From: a virus
Direction: 5' to 3' (one strand)
Virus record (IMG/VR): IMGVR_UViG_3300021335_000011
Location: 1 to 64,000 of that record
Length of the DNA stretch: 64,000 bases
The notes beneath the pieces are model-generated. The model was not told the origin of the DNA, did no database searches, and saw only the letters and a program-made list of their open reading frames with translations. Position numbers and translations under genes: made by a program. Position 1 is the first letter of the stretch, and every line of letters starts with the position of its first letter. Positions 26,360 through 38,100 of the stretch are shown piece after piece.

Positions 26360-27885
26360 GTTACGAAATAGATTTAGACGAAAATTCTGGCACAATAGAG
26401 AATGATGGTTTTAAAGATCCTAAAAAAGTCTTTCCTCGTAAAGAGTATATGGGTCAAGCTACTACTAACTTTGCAGCCCGTGGTATAAAAAGAAATAATC
26501 TCTATATTGGTGGAGGCCACGTTGCATTAGATTTAGGATTACGTGAAGGTCCAATATCGCAATATCCTCTTAATCAGGTAAGAGAATCTATTAGTGGACA
26601 TGTGACAGAAATTGATGATACTCCAGGTAATGAGCGTATGTTGTTTAAACATAAGACTGGTGCAGGAGTCGAATTCCGTGCTGACGGCACAGTAATTGTT
26701 TCATCAGTCAATAACACAATTAGAGTTTCTGGTGGTGATGAAAAAGTAATTATTGAAGGTAATGGAGAACTTTTCTATAATGGTAATTTAAAATTAAATG
26801 TAGCCGGTGATTTTGATTTAAATGTTGGCGGTAATTATAATATTACTACAGGCGGAGATAAAGTCGAGAATGTTAAAGGTGGTGTACGGCAAACAGTAAC
26901 TAAAAACCTTGAGTCAACTATTATTAAAAATAAAACAGAATATGTAGCAGGAAGTATGTCAGAAACTATATTAAAAGATAAGACTTCTATTACTAAAGGT
27001 GCATCTTCTGAATATGTAGAAGGCAATAAAGAAATCTTTGTAGGATATAAAGATCCTGATGACGGCAGTGGCGATCTCGTTGGAGATTTTATTATTACAA
27101 CTGCAAATACATTTACAACAACATCAGATAATATCAATGTGTTAGCAAGAGATTTAACAGCTGTTGGGGATGAAGGTATTATTGGTGGAACTAATATTAT
27201 TATGCATAACTATAACATGTACACTGGACATTCAATAGATGCTGGTGATAATATTACAGTTCCAACCATTTATAACGATACACAAGTAACAACTGGACAT
27301 ATGAATATTCCTGTTGTATATGGCGATTTGCAGGGTACTGCGCATCAGGCAATTACGGCTGACATAACAAATTCTCAGAATTATGCTGATCCATCTTCTC
27401 CTGGTGGAGGTGTAGGTGCTCCTCAGGGTTACACTGTTACTCAAAATAGTAATGCTGATATACCTGTCGATGCGACAACTCGTGTACTCGATGGAACAAA
27501 TTCAACTACTGCAGTAACACGAGTTGATACTGATGGTGCTGATGCATATTTACATCAAGGCGATTTAGGTATTCGTAATGTACGTATTGATATTAGCGAT
27601 GATTTAAAAGATGCAATTGATAAAACAACTCCCTATGGAAACTTATCATCTCGTAAGCTGAGCACACCCGAGATCAGAGCTAAATTAAGAGATGCAGCAA
27701 ATATGAAAAATACAGACTTCACAACTGCACAAAGTAACGAAGGAAAATTATCTGCATCATATGCAGTTCAAACGCCAGATCCCTTTGAAGTTGGAAGAGC
27801 TATAAATGAAAACGATACCAAAGTACGCGGTGTATATGGCTTTCCAAACGCTAAGGGTGTTGGAGTAAAGACGGTGACAAAGTAA
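26356..27885 (+). CDS. gp5 C-terminal (beta-helix needle) homolog
   Basis: QYPLNQVRESISGHVTEIDDTPGNER and VxG repeats. Confidence 0.8.
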   Translation: MSYEIDLDENSGTIENDGFKDPKKVFPRKEYMGQATTNFAARGIKRNNLYIGGGHVALDLGLREGPISQYPLNQVRESISGHVTEIDDTPGNERMLFKHKTGAGVEFRADGTVIVSSVNNTIRVSGGDEKVIIEGNGELFYNGNLKLNVAGDFDLNVGGNYNITTGGDKVENVKGGVRQTVTKNLESTIIKNKTEYVAGSMSETILKDKTSITKGASSEYVEGNKEIFVGYKDPDDGSGDLVGDFIITTANTFTTTSDNINVLARDLTAVGDEGIIGGTNIIMHNYNMYTGHSIDAGDNITVPTIYNDTQVTTGHMNIPVVYGDLQGTAHQAITADITNSQNYADPSSPGGGVGAPQGYTVTQNSNADIPVDATTRVLDGTNSTTAVTRVDTDGADAYLHQGDLGIRNVRIDISDDLKDAIDKTTPYGNLSSRKLSTPEIRAKLRDAANMKNTDFTTAQSNEGKLSASYAVQTPDPFEVGRAINENDTKVRGVYGFPNAKGVGVKTVTK

Positions 27886-28478
27886 TGGCAACTTTTAATA
27901 TTGATCCAGCTTATAATCCAGAACGAGCAGGTAAGATAACTCCGTTTACAAAGCTTGCACCAGGAATTACAATGGCTAAATTTCTTGGTGGATATGGTTC
28001 TGCAGGCAACATGAATCATTTAACTGATGATACTGATAGATTAGAATTAGCTAAAAATTATTCTATACATGCAAGTCTTATGCGTAAGATACAAACAAAT
28101 CAACATACTTTTAATAATCATAGGATGGTTGTAGTAGAAGGTTTATATAAGCCTGCCGATAATGAAGAAATGACTATTGACGATATTAATTTTTTAAAAT
28201 CAAAAGGAAGAGCAGTCGTATATGAACTACGCGGTTTAGATGGTCTTATATCACAAGAGAAAACATTTGACGCTGCAGTTTATCTCAAATCAAATACAGA
28301 GTTTGAAAAACTTATTTTAGGTTATGATAGATTCAATACTGATGGTAGTATGACTACACAATTGACTATTATAACACCTGTTATTATACCGTCATGGGAA
28401 GTAACTTATAAAAATGCATTAGAAACGAGATACAATCATAGCGTTTTAACTACCGGCGAGCTGCAAGAATTATTATAA
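27885..28478 (+). CDS. Hypothetical baseplate-region protein
   Basis: Coupled ORF between gp5-C and gp25. Confidence 0.6.
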   Translation: MATFNIDPAYNPERAGKITPFTKLAPGITMAKFLGGYGSAGNMNHLTDDTDRLELAKNYSIHASLMRKIQTNQHTFNNHRMVVVEGLYKPADNEEMTIDDINFLKSKGRAVVYELRGLDGLISQEKTFDAAVYLKSNTEFEKLILGYDRFNTDGSMTTQLTIITPVIIPSWEVTYKNALETRYNHSVLTTGELQELL

Positions 28479-28481
28479 ATA
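28474..28481 (+). promoter_or_regulatory. T4-type late promoter
   Basis: TATAAATA 22 nt upstream of gp25. Confidence 0.7.
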
Positions 28482-28503
28482 GGTCTATTAGTTAGGAAAT
28501 AAG

Positions 28504-28947
28504 ATGGCCAACAGAGCATATTCAATAGAAGATGGTAATACAACTAGAAGAACTATAAATCAGGCGATTGGTAGATCTTATAGTGATATCGATCTAACAT
28601 TTCAGAATAAGCCATCTGGTGACATATATAAAAAATTAGAAGTTGCTGCAGTTAAACAAGCTGTAAAAAATATTCTTATGACTTCAAATTCAGAAAGGCC
28701 ATTTCAACCAGCATTTGGTGCTAATTTAGGTGCAGCATTATTTGAGTTAGATACTGATTATGATCCTGAATTAATGGCAGAATTAATTGCAAGTTCTATT
28801 AAAAGGTATGAACCAAGGGCGAGGGTTCTTAATATTGATTTTACTACATTTCCAGATAGAAACGAATTACGCGCAACAATAAAATTCGAAGTACAAAACG
28901 TCGGTGAAGTTGTATCTCTCGACGTAGATTTAGCGAGGCTTAGATAA
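28504..28947 (+). CDS. gp25: Baseplate wedge protein gp25
   Basis: YSDIDLTF, AVKQAVKNIL, ERPFQPAFG and YEPR. Confidence 0.9.
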   Translation: MANRAYSIEDGNTTRRTINQAIGRSYSDIDLTFQNKPSGDIYKKLEVAAVKQAVKNILMTSNSERPFQPAFGANLGAALFELDTDYDPELMAELIASSIKRYEPRARVLNIDFTTFPDRNELRATIKFEVQNVGEVVSLDVDLARLR

Positions 28948-30789
28948 ATGGCTACTACAATTAAATCATCAGATTTAGACTTTGAAAATATTAAAGGAAG
29001 GTTAAAAACCTATTTTCAGGCTAAACCCGAATATGCTGATTATGATTTTAATGCGGCTGGTCTAAATAATATCTTAGACGTTCTAGCCTATAATACTCAT
29101 GTAAATGGACTTACAGCCAACTTTGCATTGAATGAAGCTTTCCTTAATACAGCTCAATTAAGAAGTTCAGTTGTATCTCATGCTGAGGCTTTAGGTTATG
29201 ATGTTCGATCGAAGGTTGCATCACGAGCTTTACTTACAATAACATTCAATTTAACTGGTGTTACAAATAGGCCAACTACTGTTTTAGTTCCTCGCGGATT
29301 AACATTTAGTACACAAATTGATAGTATCTCATATACGTTTAGAACGTTAGAAACGTACACAGCTAGAGATGATGGCACTGGAAATTATACTCTTGAGACT
29401 TCTACTGGATCAACTGATATTCCAGTGTTCGAAGGTAAAGAAATGACAAAAACATTTCTTGTAGGAGAAAAAGAAGAACGTCAGATCTACGTCATACCTG
29501 ATGAAAATATGGATAAATCTACAGCAATTATTGAGGTATACGATACTGCAAGTTCGTCGAACTTTACTAGCTATTCACCAGTAAAAGATGCAGTACGCAT
29601 TACACCTGATTCTGAATTATTTACTATTCGTGAATCACCTAATGGATATTATGAAGTAAACTTCGGTGATGGTATTTCTTTTGGTAAATCACCAGAACCT
29701 GGTAATAAAATTGTTATTACTTATCTCTCATCTGGTGGACCAACTGGTAACGATGGCGCAGTATTTACACCTACTAGCACTGTCACTGTATTAGGGGTTG
29801 TGTATCCTACATCTTGTGTAACAGTATCAGTATCAACGGGTGGGGCTGAAAAGCAATCAATTGAATCAATTAAAAACTTAGCACCATATGCATATGCTAC
29901 ACAACAACGACTAGTTACATCGCTTGATTACAAAGCTACAATACAAAGTAATTATACAGATATTAAAGATGTGACTGTATGGAGCGGAGATCAAAACGTA
30001 CCGATTGATTATGGCGCAGCGTATGTCTCTATTAAATATAGTACTGGAACACCACAAAGCACAAAGACACAAATACAAAATAGCATTGTAAATAACTTTA
30101 CAGACAATCTATCAGTGATGTCTATTACTACTAAATTTGTTGAACCTATTGAAGTATTTTTAGAATTAAATACTGTGTTTAACTTTGATCCTGCATTAAC
30201 TGGAAGAACTTTGGCTTCTGTGGAACAAGATATATACAATTTCCAAACTAGTTATTTCGCAAATAATCTAGGAACATTTGATGCTGTTTTCCGTAGATCA
30301 AATATGCTCACAGAAATTGATGCATTTAATGCTGCAATCTTGTCATCTCGATCTGATGTACGGGCGCAATTAAGATTTGTTCCTACAGTAGGTCAAGTTA
30401 CATCTCATCAACTTAAATTCCCTATGCGTATTGCAGATCCCGATGATGTTGAAGCTCAAATAATTAGTGACACATTCCAGTTTAGAGGAGTAGTTGCTCA
30501 GCTACGTAATAAATTAAGTGATACAAAATTGCAAATATATGATCTTTCTGGTAATGTACTTGCTGATAACGTTGGCCAATATAATGCTGCAACAGGCGTA
30601 GTATCTATTATTGGATTTAATCCGCAAAAGCTTTTATTTGGATATAACTATATTAAAGTATCTGTTTATCCAGAGAATCAAAGCTTTGTAAAACCGCTAC
30701 GTAACTATGTTCTTGGCCTTGATCCTAATAATTCTTCTGCATCTGCAATTATTGATAGACAAACAACGACACTTGAAGTTGATAACTAA
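28948..30789 (+). CDS. gp6: Baseplate wedge protein gp6
   Basis: LDFENIK, LDVLAYNTH, NEAFLNTAQLRSSVVSHA, FGDG and RLVTSLDY. Confidence 0.95.
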   Translation: MATTIKSSDLDFENIKGRLKTYFQAKPEYADYDFNAAGLNNILDVLAYNTHVNGLTANFALNEAFLNTAQLRSSVVSHAEALGYDVRSKVASRALLTITFNLTGVTNRPTTVLVPRGLTFSTQIDSISYTFRTLETYTARDDGTGNYTLETSTGSTDIPVFEGKEMTKTFLVGEKEERQIYVIPDENMDKSTAIIEVYDTASSSNFTSYSPVKDAVRITPDSELFTIRESPNGYYEVNFGDGISFGKSPEPGNKIVITYLSSGGPTGNDGAVFTPTSTVTVLGVVYPTSCVTVSVSTGGAEKQSIESIKNLAPYAYATQQRLVTSLDYKATIQSNYTDIKDVTVWSGDQNVPIDYGAAYVSIKYSTGTPQSTKTQIQNSIVNNFTDNLSVMSITTKFVEPIEVFLELNTVFNFDPALTGRTLASVEQDIYNFQTSYFANNLGTFDAVFRRSNMLTEIDAFNAAILSSRSDVRAQLRFVPTVGQVTSHQLKFPMRIADPDDVEAQIISDTFQFRGVVAQLRNKLSDTKLQIYDLSGNVLADNVGQYNAATGVVSIIGFNPQKLLFGYNYIKVSVYPENQSFVKPLRNYVLGLDPNNSSASAIIDRQTTTLEVDN

Positions 30790-31874
30790 TGGCATCTAAC
30801 GAATCCCAAAAACACTACGATAGGATTGGTATCAATTTTAGGCGTGGTCTTATAGATGAAGTATTACCTGAATATTTCCTCGAAGACTATCCTAATTTAG
30901 TTACATTTCTAGAAGGTTACTACGAGTTTTTAGATTCAGATACTAACTTTGATGGGATTATACACGAACTTAATACGATTAAAGATGTTGAAGATGCAAG
31001 CCTAGCTCGTCTTGATCAGATGTTTGATACCCTTGCCCTTGGAATATCAGCTGGTCGGTTTAAGTTTCCTCGTGAAGCTATACGAAACTTTGGTAATTTT
31101 TTTAGAGTTAAAGGATCCCAATATTCTGGTGAAGGTTTCTTTAGAGCTTTCTTTGATGCTGAAGTCGAAATTAAATTTCCTAAAGATGAATTATTTAATG
31201 TAGGCGAATCTTTTATTGGTACTGAATACAATAAAAGAATTCAAGACGGTGGCGTGTATCAAATATTTTCTATTCTTATCAAAGGTCCTTTATCATTTAA
31301 AGATTGGGAACAGTTGTGGAGAAAGTATGTCCATCCTACTGGATTCCATCTTGCCAATGAGGTATCAATTGAAGGCATAGATACCATTAAAATGGTGACT
31401 GATGAATCTATACCAGATCCATTTAAAAATATTTTCTTTGTTATTGACAGCGCTGCAGCAATTCAAATTCATAGTCCGCCTCAGGCCCAAGGCGAAGTAT
31501 CTCATCTTAATAATACCAGTTATGGACCTAAAGCTCTTATTCAAAATAAGTTTCTTATCAATGATCCGCAGTTTAGAACAAATCCATATCGACTTATTAA
31601 TATGTTTGCAGATTCTGATGCTGCAGTTGCGGTTGGTAGTAAGCTATACCCAACAATTCAAGATGTTATGGGTGTTTATAAGAATCTTAAAGAATGGTCA
31701 GATTGGGGTGTAACTTATGATAACCTCGATTCGGCTACTGTAGCTATTACGTTTGATAATACTTTTGAAACATATGATATGAGAAAGTTCGATACATATA
31801 GAAGAATATATATCGAAGAAGATTACGTAGCCCGCGGTTACCACGTAGATAATAAACTACCGTCAAATGTCTAA
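30789..31874 (+). CDS. Baseplate wedge protein (short gp7-like)
   Basis: LPEYF..DYPNLVTFLEGYYEFL, YQIFS and VHPTGF. Confidence 0.7.
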   Translation: MASNESQKHYDRIGINFRRGLIDEVLPEYFLEDYPNLVTFLEGYYEFLDSDTNFDGIIHELNTIKDVEDASLARLDQMFDTLALGISAGRFKFPREAIRNFGNFFRVKGSQYSGEGFFRAFFDAEVEIKFPKDELFNVGESFIGTEYNKRIQDGGVYQIFSILIKGPLSFKDWEQLWRKYVHPTGFHLANEVSIEGIDTIKMVTDESIPDPFKNIFFVIDSAAAIQIHSPPQAQGEVSHLNNTSYGPKALIQNKFLINDPQFRTNPYRLINMFADSDAAVAVGSKLYPTIQDVMGVYKNLKEWSDWGVTYDNLDSATVAITFDNTFETYDMRKFDTYRRIYIEEDYVARGYHVDNKLPSNV

Positions 31875-31891
31875 TTAATTAGATCAACTTA

Positions 31892-31899
31892 TATAAATA
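31892..31899 (+). promoter_or_regulatory. T4-type late promoter
   Basis: TATAAATA upstream of ORF 31925. Confidence 0.7.
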
Positions 31900-31924
31900 A
31901 GAATAATCGATTTGTAGGAAAAAA

Positions 31925-33754
31925 ATGGCACAGCAAACAGTAAATACAGGTACAGTTGGTAACGATGGTCTCGGTGACGATCTTCGAACTGGTGCTACTA
32001 AAATCAATGCTAACTTTACTGAAATCTATTCTAATATCACTGCTTTATCGCTGCAGCTAAATTTAGCGAGTGTTAATAGTAACGGTATTGGTTTTGGTGG
32101 TGATGGTATTCTTTTTGATGGAGCTACTAAAGATTCATTTACAACTGTCACTCGCCTTGTTCCTGAGGATCCTACACAAATTAATGTTGTTACCATACCA
32201 GATAGTACAGGTACATTATCTTTAATTAGTGATATTAAAAATGTGGCAGATAGAGACTATGTCTTAGGAATTCGTGGTTTAGGAACTGCACTATTAGATT
32301 CTGCTACTGCTATTCAAACAATGTTCGCAAGAGGATTTCTTGATTCTGCTCGTATGGTAAGAATTTCACTAGACTCTGCAGATGTAACAGCCTATATCGA
32401 TAGCGATTATGTCCAACAACGGCAAGCCGGTGGATTAGATTCTGCTCGTGCTTTAAATCTATTTTTAACTCCTATACAAATTGATTCTAATATTGATTCA
32501 AATTTTGCGCGGGACATTGCTTCTCGTGATGTACGATTAGACAATCTAGATTCGTCTCTCACTCTAATTACTAATTTTAAAACTGATAATATTCCAGAAG
32601 ATTCTGCACTCTCAAACGGTGGTTCAGGACCAGGTAATTTATACTTCACAACAACAAGAGCTAATACAGCAATTGATAATAGAGTTGATATAAACTTTAT
32701 TAACAATTTGAATGTAGATGCTGAAACACTTGGTGGTCAAACTTTAGCTAATATTCAAGCAGATTATCAAGATGCTACTGAAGTACAAACCATAATTAAT
32801 AATAACTTTGATGCAGTTAGTAGAGATTTTGTACCAGCCACTGACGAAACATACGATCTTGGTACAGCTACTAAAAAATGGAAAGACTTGCATCTTAGCG
32901 GTACTACTATCTTCCTTGGTGGTGGTGAGCTTAAATTTGAAAACAGTGAATTTAGATTTGGTGGTGGTACATTAGGTATTAATGATGCTGTTGTCCTTGA
33001 TCCAACGCAAAGGCTCTTCTTTGATTCTGCGGCTGGTGCACCAAATATTACTAAGTCAGATGCCGTACAACCAAACGGTTTGGTAATTAGCGCTAATGCT
33101 CTTTCATTACGAACAGTAGACGATGTAAGTGCAGATTGGTTTGTAAGAACAAATACACCAGCAGGTGGTACAATGTCTCGCTTCGGTGAAGGTGGTTTGG
33201 TTATGCTACCGCATAACACTGATACCGAGAGAACGCAATATCACACAAATGCATTTTATAATACAACATACCGTAAAGGTGCAATGCACTATAATACGGA
33301 TCAAAACAAATTTGAATTTGCAGACTCAGATGGTTGGTATGCAATTGATCGAGCTGCTGTAGCTTCGGCTGCAGTAAACGCCCAATATTTACAGTTTGGA
33401 TTAAATGGAACTGTTAGTGGAGCCTCAAGTGCTGTAGACTTAGTAGGTGCAAATGGAGCTTCGATGTTAAGCGGCGTTGTTATGCCAGTTGCAGGTACTA
33501 TATTAAGAATTACTATGTCTTCAAATGCAGCTGCACATAGTTCTGGCAGCTTGACACATCAAATAAATATATACAAGAATGGCTCATCAGTTGCAACTCC
33601 ATCAGTCGAAGTAACATCAACTGGAGAAATAACTCTAAACTCTGCATTAAGTATAGCCTTTGCAGCAGGCGATAGATTAAAAATAGCAGTTGATAATGAT
33701 ACTGGTCTTGATACTGAAGACCATAATGTTGTAGTCAGATTTGTAGAAAGTTAA
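31925..33754 (+). CDS. Baseplate fibre/connector with a gp9/gp10-like N-terminus
   Basis: MAQQTVNTG..NDGLGDDLRTGATKINANF, then fibre motifs NLYFT and YDLGTATKKWKDLHLS. Confidence 0.75.
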   Translation: MAQQTVNTGTVGNDGLGDDLRTGATKINANFTEIYSNITALSLQLNLASVNSNGIGFGGDGILFDGATKDSFTTVTRLVPEDPTQINVVTIPDSTGTLSLISDIKNVADRDYVLGIRGLGTALLDSATAIQTMFARGFLDSARMVRISLDSADVTAYIDSDYVQQRQAGGLDSARALNLFLTPIQIDSNIDSNFARDIASRDVRLDNLDSSLTLITNFKTDNIPEDSALSNGGSGPGNLYFTTTRANTAIDNRVDINFINNLNVDAETLGGQTLANIQADYQDATEVQTIINNNFDAVSRDFVPATDETYDLGTATKKWKDLHLSGTTIFLGGGELKFENSEFRFGGGTLGINDAVVLDPTQRLFFDSAAGAPNITKSDAVQPNGLVISANALSLRTVDDVSADWFVRTNTPAGGTMSRFGEGGLVMLPHNTDTERTQYHTNAFYNTTYRKGAMHYNTDQNKFEFADSDGWYAIDRAAVASAAVNAQYLQFGLNGTVSGASSAVDLVGANGASMLSGVVMPVAGTILRITMSSNAAAHSSGSLTHQINIYKNGSSVATPSVEVTSTGEITLNSALSIAFAAGDRLKIAVDNDTGLDTEDHNVVVRFVES

Positions 33755-33764
33755 GGAATAAACT

Positions 33765-35117
33765 ATGCCAGCTATTGTAACCGACGCACTTAGAACCCTA
33801 CTTGCTAGACAATTTTTTGATCAGTTTGCTAATCAAACTGCACGCTACTATATCGGTATTGGTAGATCAGAAATTTGGGATAGCTCTGATGCAGTTCCTA
33901 CACCTCAAAATACACCAGGTGAAGTAGCAGCTGCCCGTGCACAAATGCAATCAGTTAAGAAAGTGCAAGCTACATCTCTAGTTGTTCCGCGCAATAACTG
34001 GTCAAACGGTACACTCTATTCACAATATGACAATACTGTGTCAGGTTACCCAACTGAACCATATTATGTTATGAATGATAACAACAACGTTTATATTTGC
34101 CTAGAAACTGGCAGAAATAATGCTGGTGTTGCTGTAGCATCAACTGTAGAACCAACTGGATCAAATAATGATTCATTTAGACTTTCTGATGGCTATGTAT
34201 GGAAATTCTTATTTACTGTAAGTGCATCTCGTGCAAATAGCTTTATGTCTTCTAACTTCTTGCCAGTTAAAAAGCAAGATCCTACAGATTCATCGTCTAC
34301 TGGTATTCAATTAAAACAAGAAGAAATTCAAGACACCGCATTGGTTGGCGCAGTCACATCAGTAATTATTACTAATGTTGGTTCTGGTTACACCTCAAAT
34401 CCTAATGTACAAATTATTGGTGCAGGTGGATTAGGTACTGGTGCAGCTGCTAGAACAAGAATTGATTCAGCAACAGGCACATTAGCTTATATCAAAATGG
34501 TTGATAGTGGTACAACTCAAAAACTTGGTAGTGGATATACTCGCGCTGAAGTTGTAATTAGTGGTGGCGGAGGTAATGGAGCCAAAGCAAGAGCAGTACT
34601 TGGACCAGACTCTGGTGTTGGTGCTGATGCACGTGTTGATTTAAAATCAGCAGCTATCATGTTCCATTCGAGAATTGAAGGCACAGATAGTAACTTTATT
34701 ATTGATCAGGACTTTAGACAAGTAACACTTATTAAAGATATTAAAGATAACAACGGTGTTATTTTTACTGGTACTACTGGTAATACTCTTTCTAAAATGA
34801 CCCTTGCAAGTACAGTACAAGCATTTACTAAAGACAAGATCATTCGTGGACAAATTACGCTTGCTGAAGCCTATATCGATAATATTGATTCAAACGAAAT
34901 TTATTATCATCAAACTAGTGAAACAGGATTCACAGCTTTCCAAGATGGAGAAGTAATTAACGAAACTAATGGTGTTGGTCAAGGTATTGTTGATTCTGCA
35001 GTAATTCCGCCTGAAGTTGATCCAAATACCGGTGATATATTATACATAGATAATAGAGCTGCTGTTGCTCGATCTAACGTACAAGCAGAAGATGTAAAAG
35101 TTATCATTCAGTTCTAA
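33765..35117 (+). CDS. gp8: Baseplate wedge protein gp8
   Basis: YYVMN..NVYICL, DGYVWKFLF, DFRQV and GDILYIDNR...EDVKVIIQF. Confidence 0.85.
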   Translation: MPAIVTDALRTLLARQFFDQFANQTARYYIGIGRSEIWDSSDAVPTPQNTPGEVAAARAQMQSVKKVQATSLVVPRNNWSNGTLYSQYDNTVSGYPTEPYYVMNDNNNVYICLETGRNNAGVAVASTVEPTGSNNDSFRLSDGYVWKFLFTVSASRANSFMSSNFLPVKKQDPTDSSSTGIQLKQEEIQDTALVGAVTSVIITNVGSGYTSNPNVQIIGAGGLGTGAAARTRIDSATGTLAYIKMVDSGTTQKLGSGYTRAEVVISGGGGNGAKARAVLGPDSGVGADARVDLKSAAIMFHSRIEGTDSNFIIDQDFRQVTLIKDIKDNNGVIFTGTTGNTLSKMTLASTVQAFTKDKIIRGQITLAEAYIDNIDSNEIYYHQTSETGFTAFQDGEVINETNGVGQGIVDSAVIPPEVDPNTGDILYIDNRAAVARSNVQAEDVKVIIQF

Positions 35118-35126
35118 GGATACGAA

Positions 35127-38100
35127 ATGCCTAATACGTTCACTACTAGCTCATTTGCTACTACATATAAAGACGATTTTAAAGATAGTGATCACTATCA
35201 TCGTATCTTATTTAATAGCGGTAAACAACTGCAAGCGCGTGAACTTACGCAGATGCAGACTATTATACAAAAAGAAATTGAAAGATTCGGCCGTAACATC
35301 TTTAGAGAAGGAGCTTCAGTTGTACCAGGTGGTATGACTGTTAATAATAAGTACGAATTTATTAAGATCGCTGCATCTACCAATTTACCATCTGACACAT
35401 CATCAATGATTGGTGATACATTTACAGGTCAAACTTCAGGAGTTGCGTGTAAAATCCTAGAAGTTATAGCAGCTACTGGTAGTGATCCTGCAACTATTTA
35501 TGTTCAGTACACAAATCGTAGTTCAGTCGCAATCAGTGGTGCTGCTATTCGTATGTCACCTGCAGAAAACATTGTTGGTGCATCGAGCGGCGTAACACTT
35601 ACTGTACAAGCTACTAACACATCTTCTAATAGAGCAATTGGTCGTGGTACCAAAGCATCTATGCAAACAGGAACATTCTTTACTCAAGGTCATTTTGTGC
35701 AAGCAGATGAACAAGAAGTAATGATTTCTAAATATGATTCTGCACCAGACGAAAATGTTGGGTTTGTAGTTAATCAAGATATTGTCACAGTATCAGACAC
35801 TTTAGCACTATATGATAATCAAGGTACATTACCCAATCTTACTGCACCTGGTGCCGATAGATATCGTATTCAATTGACTCTTACTACTGAATCAGAAAAA
35901 GATGCTGCAGACACATTCGTATTCTATGGTAAGATACGTGATGGATTATTGATTGAAACCGTTACAGGTACAGATGAATATAATAAAATTGCTCAATTCG
36001 ATGCTATCAAAACGAAGGAAATTAACGGTGACTTTATTAAGAAGCCGTTTAAGATCCATTATGATTCTGCTTCAGGTACCGAATTTAATATTAATATTTC
36101 TCCTGGTACAGCTTATGTAAATGGATACAGAGCTAATAAATCAGATCCAACAGTTATTAAAGTTGACAAAGCTTTAACCGCAGTTACTTTGCAAAATGAG
36201 CCTATCTCAGCTGAATTTGGTAACTATGTTATTATTAATGAGGTTAATGGTCTACCTAATATTGAAGACTTTGAGAGTCAAGATTTGCGGGATGATAGCG
36301 GATTTGGTGGAGCTACTATTGGTACAGCACGAGTAAAATCTGTAGAAGAAGACGGTGCTAATTGGCGGTATTATTTGATGGACATTCAAATGAATGCTGG
36401 CGAAAACTTTAGAAATGTTAAATCACTTGGAACATCGGCTACTGCATTTGGTAATCTTGAACTTGAAAATACTATTGCTGTAATTAAAGATGCTGCAAAT
36501 AATAATTTGCTCTTCGGTTTTCCACAATCTCGTGTAAAAAGTATTTCTGATGTTGTACTAACAACTCAACGGCGATTGACTGCAACTGCCGATAATAATG
36601 GTAATGCAACATTTCCTGGACTTGGAACTAACGAAGCGTTCGAAAATAGTAATCAGTGGGTATTTTCTCGTGTGGCTGGTGGATCATTTTCTCCAACTAG
36701 TATTACTGGTAACGGTACACAAGCAGCATCTATCACAGGAGCGCCTGCTAATACTGCTATCGAAGTTATTGCACAAGTTCAGAAAACTGGTATTTTACGA
36801 AATAAAGTATTAACAGAAACAACTATAACATCTACAGTGAATACTCCTGCTACAGGCGCGCCATTCGTTAGTTTAGGAAAGGCAGATGTTTATTCAGTAG
36901 ATCGTATTCGCGCAGTTGATTCTGACGGTGCTGATTTATTTGCGGACTTCCTTGCTGATAATGGAGCTAGAGATAATTTCTATGATGTTGGTAAGATTAT
37001 TCTAAAATCAAATGCAAAAAGCCCAGTTGGTAATATCTTTGTACGATTTAAATATTTTGATCATACCACACCTGGACATTATTTTGCAGCCAACTCATAC
37101 ACAGGTCAACTTGATTACGGAGATATTCCAACCCATACCTTAGCTGATGGTGTTACTAGAATTCCATTAACTGACGTAATTGATTTTAGATCTCGTAAAG
37201 ATGACGCTGGAGTAGGATTTAGCGCAGGTACAGCCCGCGTAAATGAATTACCTGTAAATACAAGCCTTATTACAATTGATGCCGAATACTATATGCCTCG
37301 GTTTGATAAACTGGTTGTTGATCAAGAAGCAAATCTTAGTATTGTTACTGGTGCACCGTCGCTTACTCCACAGTATGCACCTACACCTCAAAACACCTTA
37401 GAGCTTTATCGAATTGAAATGAATGCAGGCTCAAAGGATGAAGAAGACATGGTAATGCGGAATATTGAATCCAAGGGATTCACAATGTCCGATATTCAGC
37501 GTCTCGAAGAAAGAGTAGATCGATTAGAAGAAGCAACAGCTCTTAGCTTGCTAGAAGTTGATGTTAATAACTTGGCAGTATTTGACTCTGCAGGAAATGA
37601 TCGTTCAAAGTCAGGATTCTTGGTCGATAACTTTAGTGACCACTCATCATCATTTACTAATAATCCTGAGTTTAGATCATCAATTGATCCGCTAGATCGT
37701 GTATTGCGACCAACATTTAACGAAGAAAATGTTAGACTTATTTACGATTCAGATCTTTCGACTAATGCTATTCTAAAAGGTGATAACGTCTATATTAAAT
37801 ACACTGAACAAACGTTTATCGATCAGCCAGAAGTATCACAGACAATTAATATTAATCCATTTGCGGTCATTACACATCAAGGAAACTTGACACTTTCACC
37901 GTCATCTGATGAATGGAAAGAAACAGTATACATTGCACCACGAGTTATCAATGGTGGTATACGACTTAATACTAACCAAGCCTTCTTGTTTAACAACTGG
38001 AATTGGGCATGGCAAGGCAATAACGTAAATAACTTACGATTAGGTCAAGTTACAAATTCTCGTACTACACGAGCTGGTAACCGTATTACTACTCAGCGTA

